Below, piece after piece: positions 37,901 to 48,166 of a stretch of 48,473 bases of DNA (position 1 is the stretch's first letter; each line of letters opens with the position of its first letter). Source of the DNA: Terriglobales bacterium (GTDB lineage Bacteria; Acidobacteriota; Terriglobia; Terriglobales; SCQP01); the NCBI GenBank assembly GCA_035573035.1, contig DATNAC010000092.1, positions 1-48,473 on the forward strand, given 5' to 3'. Position numbers and translations under genes: made by a program. Below the pieces are notes generated by a model. It made no database searches. It was not told where the DNA came from and saw nothing but the letters and a program-made list of their open reading frames with translations.

Positions 37901-39099
37901 GCAGGGTGCTGGCGCAGGTTCCGGCCGCGCAGCGATGGACGCCGTTGTGGCTGCCGGCGGAACTCCGCCTGGCACAGAGCGATCACGCGCTGCCCAAGCT
38001 GGTGGCGGAGTGGCGGGCCGCCGGACCGGAGGCGCCGCCTCCCGGCAGCTTGCTGGAACTCGCCGCCAACCTGGCAGAACCTGGCCAAGACACCGTGCTG
38101 ACGTATGCCTATGAACGCATGCTCGCGATGCGCGATTTCGCCGCCCCGAACTTCCTGGGATTGGCGGCGGTGCGGCTGAATGCCGGGGATGTGGCCGGAG
38201 CCATGCAGCTTCTACGGCGCATGCTGCTGATCAGCGGCGACGTTTATAGCGATCTGGATTCGGCGGCGGCGTTGCTGGAGGAGCGCCATCACCCGGCCGA
38301 GGCCCTGCAATTCCTGCGGCCGCTGGCCGAATTCACGCCCTGGAACGCGGAGTACAAGGTGCGGCTGGCGGCAGCGCTGTTGGCCGTGCAGCCCTCGCCA
38401 AGCGGCGCGCCGGCCCTATTACAGGCGGTCGCCGCCGACCCGAGCGCCGAATACCGGCAGCGCACCGCGGCGGCCGAGGCGCTCAAGGGCCGCGCGCAAA
38501 CGGGAGTCCTCCAGGGTGAACTGGCGCTGCTGGCGCAGACGAGTTGCCCGACTCCCGAACAGGCATCGCAGCCCATGGTTGTCGCAGCCCGCGTAGCGGC
38601 GGCCTCCTGCGCAGCCGGGGACGCCGTACGCGAGCCCCTGCTGCGGGCGGCGGTGGCGCTCCGTCCCGATGACACTCGGATTCGGCTGCAATACGTGTGG
38701 GCCGCGTTCGGATCCGGAAAAGCACGAGAGGCGCTGCTCGCGGCGGAGCCGCTGCTCGCGGCCTCTCCCTTTGGGGACCGTTCCGCGTACGGCTACACCG
38801 GCGAGGGGAACGGTGTCGCCGCGATGGACCCGGCGGATGCCGGCCGACTGTACTTGCTCGTTGCCCAAGCTCTGGACAAGATGGCCGAGGATGCCATCGC
38901 GCTGCGGGAGGCCGACGCCGGGATCCGGCTGGCTGGGGATTCCGCCTCGGCGCCGGCGCTCCGAAGCGAGGAGAGCCGGCTTAAGGATCGCGTTGCCCGG
39001 CAGCAGCAAAACGCGGCACGGGCTCCGCAAATTGGCGATGCGATCGAGCAGCAACGCGTCGTCCGGCCACGGCTGACCGCAAGCGAGGCGCCGCGATGA
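31984..39099 (+). CDS. Giant (about 2370 aa) secreted TPR/HAT-like helical-repeat protein
   Basis: The single uninterrupted ORF 31963..39099 could alternatively start at TTG 31963. ATG at 31984 gives the signal peptide MLGRVGLLLGCALAAASLLAQ. The whole length is made of Ala/Leu/Arg-rich about 34-residue helical hairpin repeats, for example YRHALEIAPDQPEALNSMAVVETKSGDTAAAVATWKSAVSL and AIDAYGKAIALRPERQDLLAARAGL. No catalytic motif recognised. Confidence 0.8.
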   Translation: MLGRVGLLLGCALAAASLLAQTNLSAWLGNAVAGSAIEAALYRAMPLPGGIFLFRRPPGEAQAALTHMAGAAASDPALWQLRALEDEHALDFDAAERDWKTWTEKAPDPGAAELDLAGFYARRLRPQPELEALAAVGRSPARAAERWTAPERQRAWQAWSQSLEVVRQFHLPRSAAASVYQAWEQRYPQAPGVYAQEFAYRLAGGEDRAGEDVLARYRRAFPRDAATALRWQAQLAARRGSPRDGLALYDRNFQPLWPQPLITAWFQLLTQAGEVRRTGDELRAKLATDPRDLLDTARLFWIEQQQGQTEAARAVLVNYRTRREAAGGAWSGTELDTLAQLADRAGDIPEAARYYYALATPPAGTPDPAEPDAEEKGLAGLARLLLSAPDQPLRAGAANLSMYRDIATLDRGPGYLNGILSLLLNSDSPRRELAQEERLATPYYHRAKAAELIARVDQRYPQAKDRPELHASLIVAYQDYGDDADVVREAKAFLANYPEAPQRVEVALEAANADARMGQTDQEFGLYRDLLQELAARAGGMPLSGGGAAGAQFPDSEAAPGPPLYAQVLDQYLSRLVALGRIPDALAVLRGELDRNPRDPGLYERLAQFLQQNALDGQIEAVYQRALQQFPDATWYAKLARFYLRRNRRADYAALTRKVTGIFSGTGLEQYLEQAPAPDRSLALEVSLYANRRFPHDLRFVEDLIADYTGEHRDDAAMQLLWAHWSESPDLRRQLFEKLSSRGRLDPVLATLRQQSPQIGRGEWKALAQANPAAERFWVEACLWQSHYEQAVDAAGALSSAFPAETEIGDDAAALYRSFAYYQGEDTAKAVGVENRLLSVHPGDVQTLAHIGDIYADRGGMSEAAPYWRRMGEVHPGDSDGYLQSATVYWDYFEFPQALGEIERARQALRQPTLYGYEAGAIDESSGDTAAAIHEYAASALRDGETSPSRGRLLTLAKRAPLQPLIEAATSRWLQGAAPTPVEISLRAGILDAEHRRDQLTRELVAAAGRTASFESLDAIRAAAQRQSLPEAVQASLERQIALTTDPVRSLQLRYQLVDFYVSRHDAAAAAASVDAVDRDHPRILGVVRFTVDYDWNHRRRPRAVTVLLGAARTAYPALRRDFLLEAAAKLTDMGEYARSRSLLEALLAANPEARVETALAANYGRSGDERGLMTFYQQRLRAAENSTLTGAAKRDRIAEVRRGMIAAAKALGQPEVALDQYVELINAYPDDDGLTQEAALFALGSGQGDRLLGVYAKAEQASPRDPHPSIVLARLATTAENLPTAIDAYGKAIALRPERQDLLAARAGLEERLQRFDGAATDYQRLYALSYHDPQWMQKLAEDRARQGRTADAAQALQTAWIDGRAPKAANDFQVAAELDSWNMVDLARQYVQQGVRLAGSDLLVDSADQSGAATYGRILARQRQADTAVATLLAARSAAGAGGENTAPAPANGNASNQPWLELRRRERAGEAQAGFAGALRAVGGAVKAYYTPEESARFAAWLQTRSRGARANDLREIWLPLAASAGMAESEANLRWQLAALTAPAETPAQLDGWARLEERRGQLNGVEARLAGLAGKGGSQAYTAALWRQAAEVARRSGDTGAELGALQALDGEHMLGNDQARYFQLLLTQRPQELVRHAAQDPAARFLVMYGSDTQAFAAIAARAANQPPAWLRAYTALTGLYRDTPTPQVTQAFVEALDAGAAIGDRMEHPVDRDQQLAGSVWFYYGSRYGEYLDRRKNPQAGQYLVSGLEAAPGSPAAYIALAGYETQAGRYPAALTEYRHALEIAPDQPEALNSMAVVETKSGDTAAAVATWKSAVSLLAKQADAHTVPSSFWSGTIQVLRDASAAGQLRAISPPIDAMLRHYLARNGNYRAEALLEAGYRAHGDSMTWALQTVAGLDAEAALLRGMHNSLGSLGNGQASLLLGRLVEIDRRTAQRSGGPGYSNLASDQAAWAAALLDEGETKAARRVLAQVPAAQRWTPLWLPAELRLAQSDHALPKLVAEWRAAGPEAPPPGSLLELAANLAEPGQDTVLTYAYERMLAMRDFAAPNFLGLAAVRLNAGDVAGAMQLLRRMLLISGDVYSDLDSAAALLEERHHPAEALQFLRPLAEFTPWNAEYKVRLAAALLAVQPSPSGAPALLQAVAADPSAEYRQRTAAAEALKGRAQTGVLQGELALLAQTSCPTPEQASQPMVVAARVAAASCAAGDAVREPLLRAAVALRPDDTRIRLQYVWAAFGSGKAREALLAAEPLLAASPFGDRSAYGYTGEGNGVAAMDPADAGRLYLLVAQALDKMAEDAIALREADAGIRLAGDSASAPALRSEESRLKDRVARQQQNAARAPQIGDAIEQQRVVRPRLTASEAPR

Positions 39100-40820
39100 G
39101 GGTCCTCCCGCGTTTCGTGCTCCCGACATTGCTTGGCGGCGCGGCTTTATGGGCGTTGGTAGCGGTCCAAGCCGCCAAGCCTCCAGGCCTCGCGTCGCTC
39201 TTCCCCGCGGGAGCTCCGATCTACGTCGAAGCCAAAGATTTCCACGGGCTGCTGCGTCAATGGGACAACTCGCCCGAAAAGCGCACTTGGCTGAGTAGCG
39301 ATAGCTATGCGGACTTCAGCCGGTCGCGCCTGCTCTCGCGGCTTGCGGAGGCCCAGGGCCAGTTCTCGGCGGCGGCGGGCATTCCGGCGGATGTGAACCT
39401 GCTGGAGACGGTGGCCGGCAAAGAAAGCGCCCTGGCAATTTACGACGTCGGCAGCCTCTCTTTCGTGTATCTCACGCGCATGGACCAACCCTCCGCGGAG
39501 ACCACGCCGCTCTGGCTGATTCGCGGCCGCTTCGAACAACGCAACGAGGCGGGGAGCGTCTTCTTCGTTCGACAGGACCCGGAGTCGCGTCGCGTGGCGG
39601 CGTTTGCGGTTCAAGACGGCTGGCTGATTCTGGGCACACGCGAAGATCTGGTGGCCGGCGTGCTTGACCGGCTGCACCATGAAGCAACCCAAGACCTGGC
39701 GGGCGAGGCGTGGTTCGCCGGCGCCGTCCAACAAGCCGCGGAACCGAGCGGCGATTTGCGGATGCTGTTGAACCTCGGCAAGCTCGTTGCGATGCGGCCG
39801 TTCGACAGTTATTGGGTACAGCAGAACGATGGGGAACTCAAGCAGTACAGCGCCGCGGTCAGCGACCTGTATTGCGAGGCGCCGGCATGGCGTGAGCAGC
39901 GGACGATGCTGCGCGAGCCGCAGCCGAATCCGCGGCCGCCGGGCACGGATGTGTCTTCGCTCGCAGCACTGGCGCCGGCGGGGACGACATTCTGGTCCGC
40001 GCGGGCCGCACCAAGTACACTGTCCCTCCTGACAATGCTGCGGGACGATCTGCTGGATCCACAGCCCAGTTCTACATCCGGCATGGCATACGCCCCACCG
40101 CTGGCGACCGCCGAAAGCGCGGGCGCCTCCTCGGATCTCGAAACCCGGATTGATCGGTCACCCGCGCTCGCCACGCAGTCTGATCCATGGCGGACGCTGC
40201 GGGAGATGCTCGTTGCCGCGCAACCGTCGGGCGTCCTGTCCGTTTATGAGGCCGGCCCCGCGCCGACCGGCATCTTCATTCCCATTCATCATGCCGTGGT
40301 CGTCGCGTCCGCGCGGGACTGGAACATGGTGGAGGTGCAGGAGGCGTTGACGGCCGCGTTGCATTCCCGCCTCGCCGTGAGTCAACTGGGGATTGGTTGG
40401 GTGACGCGCTCCGGGCCGGAGGGCGGCTTCGAAGCTCTGGATGGCCAAATCACCTTGTTGGCGGCGGCGCGGAATGACAAGCTGTTTCTGGCCAATGATG
40501 CCGCCATGCTCTCGTCGCTACTGGCCAACGCCGGCAAGACGGCGACGGAGGACGCCGGCGTCACCTACGCGGCCGTCTTCAATCACAGTGACGACGAGCA
40601 GGCGACTTTCCGCAATCTTTTCGGCCTACTGGACCGCGCCGGGAGCCGCGGCAGCGCGGACGGAGCCGGGGACGTCCAGCGTGGCGAACCTCCGGCGTTC
40701 TTCTCAGGAAACCTCGCCAGTTTGAGCCGCGTCTTCTCGGCAGTATCCCAGGTCAGAATGGAGGAGCGCGACCAGGGAGCCAAGGTTTCGGAGTCGGTAC
40801 GCTACCTCTGGAAGCGGTGA
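39096..40820 (+). CDS. Secreted hypothetical protein (DUF3352-like, tentative)
   Basis: ATGA overlap with the giant TPR gene and GAGG 8 nt upstream. Signal peptide MRVLPRFVLPTLLGGAALWALVAVQA. The family assignment is only a recollection of the typical DUF3352 N-terminal layout (FPAGAPIYVEAKDF...) and is unverified. Confidence 0.7.
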   Translation: MRVLPRFVLPTLLGGAALWALVAVQAAKPPGLASLFPAGAPIYVEAKDFHGLLRQWDNSPEKRTWLSSDSYADFSRSRLLSRLAEAQGQFSAAAGIPADVNLLETVAGKESALAIYDVGSLSFVYLTRMDQPSAETTPLWLIRGRFEQRNEAGSVFFVRQDPESRRVAAFAVQDGWLILGTREDLVAGVLDRLHHEATQDLAGEAWFAGAVQQAAEPSGDLRMLLNLGKLVAMRPFDSYWVQQNDGELKQYSAAVSDLYCEAPAWREQRTMLREPQPNPRPPGTDVSSLAALAPAGTTFWSARAAPSTLSLLTMLRDDLLDPQPSSTSGMAYAPPLATAESAGASSDLETRIDRSPALATQSDPWRTLREMLVAAQPSGVLSVYEAGPAPTGIFIPIHHAVVVASARDWNMVEVQEALTAALHSRLAVSQLGIGWVTRSGPEGGFEALDGQITLLAAARNDKLFLANDAAMLSSLLANAGKTATEDAGVTYAAVFNHSDDEQATFRNLFGLLDRAGSRGSADGAGDVQRGEPPAFFSGNLASLSRVFSAVSQVRMEERDQGAKVSESVRYLWKR

Positions 40821-40849
40821 GCCGGTGGAGCGGACGCGGGGTGGCGGCG

Positions 40850-41005
40850 GAGGACGGCCGCTGCTTGCCGGGGGCGCGAAGCTCGCACTGCGAGCTTCGC
40901 CCCTCCGGAATTACGACCACCCCACCGCGCAGAACGCGGTGGGGGCCCGGTTCGTGGCCCTTCGCGCCGACTTTGCCCACAGGGCAAATGGCGCGACCCC
41001 GCGAA
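40850..41005 (+). repeat. Intergenic structured repeat: module 2 (three consecutive hairpins)
   Basis: Three hairpins: GGGGCGCGAAGCTCGcactgCGAGCTTCGCCCC; CCCCACCGCGcagaaCGCGGTGGGG (10-bp perfect stem); GCGCCgacTTTGCCCacaGGGCAAAtGGCGC. The element ends GACCCCGCGA. It is the reverse complement of 41592-41738. Confidence 0.85.
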
Positions 41006-41051
41006 TTGCGGACGTGAATCGCGGCCGTGCGATTCGTTATGATGGGCCGCG

Positions 41052-44083
<3,032 letters not shown>

Positions 44084-44239
44084 TGGCGGCAGCTCGCAGA
44101 TGCCCTGAGCAGAGCGGGCATCCCCTGCCGGCAATCGAAGTCCGGCCTCCGAGCGACCAACGGGAGCGACCCAGGCAAAAAGTGGCCGTGCCACAACCCT
44201 CCGGTTGCGCGGGGCGCGGCGGCGGGCTAGAGTCGCTGC

Positions 44240-45016
44240 ATGCAGGCTGCGGTGCGTGGGTATGGCCGGCTCGTTTTGGGGCTGGGAGCGATCCTTTATG
44301 GCGCGGTGGACCTGATCTGGCATGACGCCAGCGCCTGGCGGCAGGTCGCACCGTTGGCGCACTGGCCGGCGGGTCTGCTGCTCGGACTCTTTCTGTTCAT
44401 GGCGGCGGTGGAGTTGGCGGGCGGCATATTGCTGCTGACGCCGCCGGCGCGCGCCGGCGCCTGGATGCTGGTGGCGGCGTATATCGTCGCCACGCTGCTG
44501 ACGCTGCCGGACGTCATGCTGCATCCCGCGGTCTTCAACAGTTGGGGCAATCTGGGCGAGCAGCTCTCGCGGCTTGCGGGGGTGGTGCTGGTGCTCGCTC
44601 TGACCCGGGCGATTCCGCCGGCACTCGGGCGGGCGGCGTACTGGGCGTTCGCGGCGTGCGTGGTGACGTTCATGGGCGAACAGTGGGCGTACTTCCCGCC
44701 GACGGTGGCGCTGGTGCCGAAGTGGATTCCCCTAGGGCAGGCGTTCTGGGCGGTGGCCACGACGGTGGCCTTCGGGTTGGCGGCGGCAGCACTGCTGGCA
44801 CGGCGTGCGGCGCTGCCGGCGGCGCGGCTGCTGACGGCCATGCTGCTCGTCTTCGCGGTTGCGGTGTGGGCGCCGATCGTGGCAGCCCATCCGCACGCGC
44901 TGGGGAACTGGACCGAGATGGCGGAAACCGTCTCGATCGCGGGTGCGGCCTGGATGGCGAGCGACTGGTTGGCAACACGGCGCGGACACGATGCAGCAAG
45001 GGCCGCGGCCTCATAA
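44240..45016 (+). CDS. Hypothetical integral membrane protein (DoxX-like topology, tentative)
   Basis: 258 aa with about 7-8 hydrophobic helices (LVLGLGAILYGAV, LLLGLFLFMAAVELAGGILLL, WMLVAAYIVATLL and others). The family call is weak. Confidence 0.55.
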   Translation: MQAAVRGYGRLVLGLGAILYGAVDLIWHDASAWRQVAPLAHWPAGLLLGLFLFMAAVELAGGILLLTPPARAGAWMLVAAYIVATLLTLPDVMLHPAVFNSWGNLGEQLSRLAGVVLVLALTRAIPPALGRAAYWAFAACVVTFMGEQWAYFPPTVALVPKWIPLGQAFWAVATTVAFGLAAAALLARRAALPAARLLTAMLLVFAVAVWAPIVAAHPHALGNWTEMAETVSIAGAAWMASDWLATRRGHDAARAAAS

Positions 45017-45025
45017 TTGCGTGGT

Positions 45026-45490
45026 TTACTTCTCTTCCACCGATTCAATGCGCCAGTCGCCAAGGGATTTCATCATCGGGATGGTGGTGATCTCGAGGTA
45101 GCGGGCGGGCTGGGCGGGGTCGGCGTTGGCGTGCTTGTGCCAGGCGAAGTTCGGCGTGAAGAAGAGGTCGCCCGCTTGCCACTCAATTTTGGTTTCGGGC
45201 GTGTCGTCGTCCCAGACGACGGACCAACCTTTGCCCACGAGCACGTAAAAGAGCGCCTCGCAAGTGTGGCGGTGGGTTTTGGTTTCGCCACCGGGGGGCA
45301 ACTCGCTGACGTGAGCTTCGAGCGCCTTCAGCTTCTCGAACCCGAAGTACGCCCCGGCGTTGCCGCGATGGGCCCGCGCATGCACCGGGTGATGCGGGAT
45401 GTCTTTGACAAGCAGGCCGTCGGCGGCCGGGTAGACGTGCGTGCTCATGAAGGCGTCAAGCGCCGCGCTGTCGTTAATGGTCCGGGGCAT
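45026..45490 (-). CDS. Cupin-domain protein
   Basis: In-frame ATG at 45490 in ORF 45026..45637, with SD AGGAGGGGAG just upstream. Cupin metal motif PPGGETKTHRHTCEALFYVLVGKG and second motif GDLFFTPNFAWHKHAN. Confidence 0.8.
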   Translation of the reverse strand: MPRTINDSAALDAFMSTHVYPAADGLLVKDIPHHPVHARAHRGNAGAYFGFEKLKALEAHVSELPPGGETKTHRHTCEALFYVLVGKGWSVVWDDDTPETKIEWQAGDLFFTPNFAWHKHANADPAQPARYLEITTIPMMKSLGDWRIESVEEK

Positions 45491-45522
45491 ACTCCCCTCC
45501 TGAGCCCATTTTAGGCCTTGGA

Positions 45523-45711
45523 CTAACAGGCCGCGGCCCGACGGTGACCGCGGTCGGCGTAGCGCAGCAACTCGCGGTCGGCGGTCATCGGTGTCAGGCA
45601 TCTTTCGCGGGCCGTGGCCGCAAGAATACGGTGCCATGGGTCGCGCGGCGGATCGCCCGGCAGGAAGTTGGCATCAATCAGGGTCTGGGGTTCGGCCGCC
45701 TCCAGACGCAT
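45523..45711 (-). pseudogene. C-terminal remnant of a PIN-domain (VapC-like) toxin gene
   Basis: NFLPGDPPRDPWHRILAATARERCLTPMTADRELLRYA resembles the conserved PIN C-terminus (LP.HHRDPFDR.LIAQA....L.L.T.D..I..Y). The N-terminal two-thirds with the catalytic acidic residues is missing. The hairpin repeat at 45728-45776 sits 17 nt upstream of the first Met, and no antitoxin gene is adjacent. Confidence 0.45.
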
Positions 45712-45727
45712 GTCGGCCGGTTCCAGT

Positions 45728-45776
45728 CGCGGGGGTCGCGCCGTTTGCCCACAGTGCAATCGGCGCGACCCCCGCG
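45728..45776. repeat. Palindromic mini-derivative of the module 2 terminus (long hairpin)
   Basis: CGCGGGGGTCGCGCCG-tTTGCccacagtGCAAt-CGGCGCGACCCCCGCG has a perfect 16-bp outer stem plus a 4-bp inner stem. The arms equal the terminal sequence of module 2 in both orientations. Confidence 0.8.
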
Positions 45777-45842
45777 ATCCGAAGAACGTTGGTTCTTGTA
45801 CTGCGGCATGGGGCCGGCTTGGGTGGGATAAGCTGGGTAGCC

Positions 45843-46520
45843 GTGGGCATCCGTTTCCAGAATGGCGCGGTAGAGATCTCCTCGCGACGGCAGGGGAGGG
45901 CCGCGAGCCAGTGCCGCGAGCCGCGCGGCTGGCTCGGGCGGCTGGTGCTGCGCAACATGAACCTGCGGCACTCTGGGGTCACCGACTGGGGGCTGGGGCA
46001 GATCGCCGTGCGGGCGGGCGACACCGTGCTCGATGTGGGCTGCGGCGGCGGGAGGACGCTGGCGAAACTGGCGGGGCGGGCGCCGGCGGGTACCGTCTAT
46101 GGGGTGGATCACTCGCCCGAAAGCGTGCGGGTGGCGGGCCGGGTGAATCGGGCCGGAATCGCGGCCGGGCGGGTGGTGGTGCGCGAGGCCTCGGTGATGG
46201 GGCTCCCCTTCCCTGCCGCCACCTTCGACTTGGTGACGGCGGTGGAGACACACTTCTGGTGGCCGGACCTGGCGTCCGGACTGCGCGAGATCCATCGCGT
46301 GCTCAAGCCGGGCGGGACCGTGGCGCTCATCGCCGAGATCCACAAGGGCGCGCCCGGGCGCATGGCCGCCGTTCTGGAGCGGAAGCTGCCGGCCACCGGC
46401 CTGCAGCTGCTGAGCGTGCAGGAACACCGCGCGGCGCTCGCGGACGCGGGCTTCCATGAAGCCACCGTGACGACGCAAGGCGCCTGGATCTGCGCTACCG
46501 GCCGCCGCACGGAGGGGTGA
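45843..46520 (+). CDS. Class I SAM-dependent methyltransferase
   Basis: SAM-binding motif I VLDVGCGGGRT, then post-I YGVDHS, then FDLVTAVETHFWW and LKPGGTVALI. The 5' part of ORF 45591..46520 overlaps the PIN remnant and the repeat, so the start is placed at the in-frame GTG at 45843. The start is uncertain, and ATG at 45957 is an alternative. Confidence 0.75.
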   Translation: MGIRFQNGAVEISSRRQGRAASQCREPRGWLGRLVLRNMNLRHSGVTDWGLGQIAVRAGDTVLDVGCGGGRTLAKLAGRAPAGTVYGVDHSPESVRVAGRVNRAGIAAGRVVVREASVMGLPFPAATFDLVTAVETHFWWPDLASGLREIHRVLKPGGTVALIAEIHKGAPGRMAAVLERKLPATGLQLLSVQEHRAALADAGFHEATVTTQGAWICATGRRTEG

Positions 46521-46627
46521 TCCTGAACGTGCGGCGCAAACTTCGTTAGCGCCGCCGCCGGTCGGCGCAGCATCGCGGCCGCGGCCTTGGCATTCCGGGG
46601 GGCATTCTTCAGCAGCGGCGGCGCGGC

Positions 46628-48061
46628 CTACTGACAGCCCGTGAAGGCGAGAATCGCCGCCTGGGTGGTGGCGCCCGGAGTGACGGTGAGGGTCAGGTTG
46701 GCGCTGGTGGAAGCGGTGGTCTGGGTGGCGGGCGAGCAGTCGGCGGTGCCGCCGCTCGAGGGGACGGCGGCATCGCCCTCCACCGAGTAGGCCACGGCGG
46801 CGGTGCCCTGGGTGTAGGTGGTGCCCGCGGCGGCGAAGCTCCCGACGTTCGCATCGGCCGCGGGCACCGAGAGACTGTAGCTGGCGCAGTCGGTGTTGGC
46901 CGTGCAGCTCACGCTGGCGGCGGTGCTCACGTTCAAGGTCGCGGCCGATTGCTGCACCAGGGGCATGGTAAAGGTCAGGGTGCCGCTGCCGACACTGACC
47001 TGCTGCAAGGCGGATAGGGTGATGTCGGCCGCGGTGGCGGCGCTGCCCGTACTGGTGGTCACTTCGCCGGCAATGGTCGCGGCGGCGGTGCCGGCGAGGC
47101 CGGTCTCGGCCACAAGGGGCACATTGCCCATCGCCGTGCCGTTGGCCACACCCGTGGTGACAGTGGCGGCGTAGGCAACATTGGAACCACTCACGCCGAC
47201 GGCCACGACGTCATACGCGCCGGCGGGCACGGGGCAGAAGACGAAGTGACCGGAGGTGTCGGCGTTGGTGGCCATCACCACACGGTCCACACCGGCGGAG
47301 TCCTTCTGCTCGAGCGCCACCATCACGTTGCCGCCCACGATGGCGCTGCCGGTGGCCTTATCCACCACGGTTCCGTTGATGGAGGTGGAGGTGGCGGCGA
47401 TTTCGCCGGCGTGCAGCACGGGCTTGAGGCGCACTTGTCCATTGCCCTCGGTCACAATCGAGGAACAGGTATTGAAGTCGAGGTTTAGGTCCTTGGTCTG
47501 GCCGGCGGCGACCACGAAGGCGCCCCCGGCGATCTGCCCGGCGGGGATCTTGATGCCGGTTTGGGATTCGCTGGAGAGCTGCAGGGTTTCGACCGTGCCG
47601 TCGTTGAGCACGACACAGTTGGCGGCGGTTGAGCCGCACTTGTTGTTGGCCACCACCGAGGCGGAGTTGTTGTCCTCGAGGACCAGGCGGATCTGCTGGT
47701 AGCTGCCGGGTTGAAGCTGGGTGGTCGAGCCCAGGGTGGCGAGCAGGCACGAGTTGTTCGCTTGGCCAAGCAGATCAATTTGCATGGGCGACTGCGCCAG
47801 CGAGGGAGTGAGATCCGCGAAGCCGGTCGAGGCGTTGGCGTCGGTACTGGCTTGCACGTCCTTGACGGTAACGTAGACGTGACTATAGGGACCGCTGGGA
47901 CCGGCGCAGGTGGCCGGATCGCTCATGGTGATGTTGGTGGTCGCCGGCTGGGCTGAGGTCGAAGATGGCGGCGCGGAAGAGCCGCCGCACGCCGCGGAGT
48001 ACAAGACCCCTCCGATCCCCAAAGCCGCGCATAGCCATACGCCCGACGTCGTGTTTCGCAT
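46628..48061 (-). CDS. Lipoprotein with DUF4382-like N-terminal domain and carboxypeptidase-regulatory-like domain
   Basis: Lipobox-like VLYSAAC. HVYVTVKDVQAS...MQIDLLGQANN...LQPGSYQQIRLVL fits the DUF4382 pattern. INGTVVDKATGSAIVGGNVMVAL...TSGHFVFCPVPAGAYDVVA fits a CarboxypepD_reg fold. The tail is Thr/Ala/Gly-rich. Confidence 0.75.
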   Translation of the reverse strand: MRNTTSGVWLCAALGIGGVLYSAACGGSSAPPSSTSAQPATTNITMSDPATCAGPSGPYSHVYVTVKDVQASTDANASTGFADLTPSLAQSPMQIDLLGQANNSCLLATLGSTTQLQPGSYQQIRLVLEDNNSASVVANNKCGSTAANCVVLNDGTVETLQLSSESQTGIKIPAGQIAGGAFVVAAGQTKDLNLDFNTCSSIVTEGNGQVRLKPVLHAGEIAATSTSINGTVVDKATGSAIVGGNVMVALEQKDSAGVDRVVMATNADTSGHFVFCPVPAGAYDVVAVGVSGSNVAYAATVTTGVANGTAMGNVPLVAETGLAGTAAATIAGEVTTSTGSAATAADITLSALQQVSVGSGTLTFTMPLVQQSAATLNVSTAASVSCTANTDCASYSLSVPAADANVGSFAAAGTTYTQGTAAVAYSVEGDAAVPSSGGTADCSPATQTTASTSANLTLTVTPGATTQAAILAFTGCQ

Positions 48062-48166
48062 GAGTCACCTCCGCACCTCTCACACCTTCTAGCAAGTGGA
48101 AGGCCAGACCACGAGTGATGAAAAGCGAGGGACTTAGCGGCGCGCCGCCCGTGCGGCGGCTAGCCA

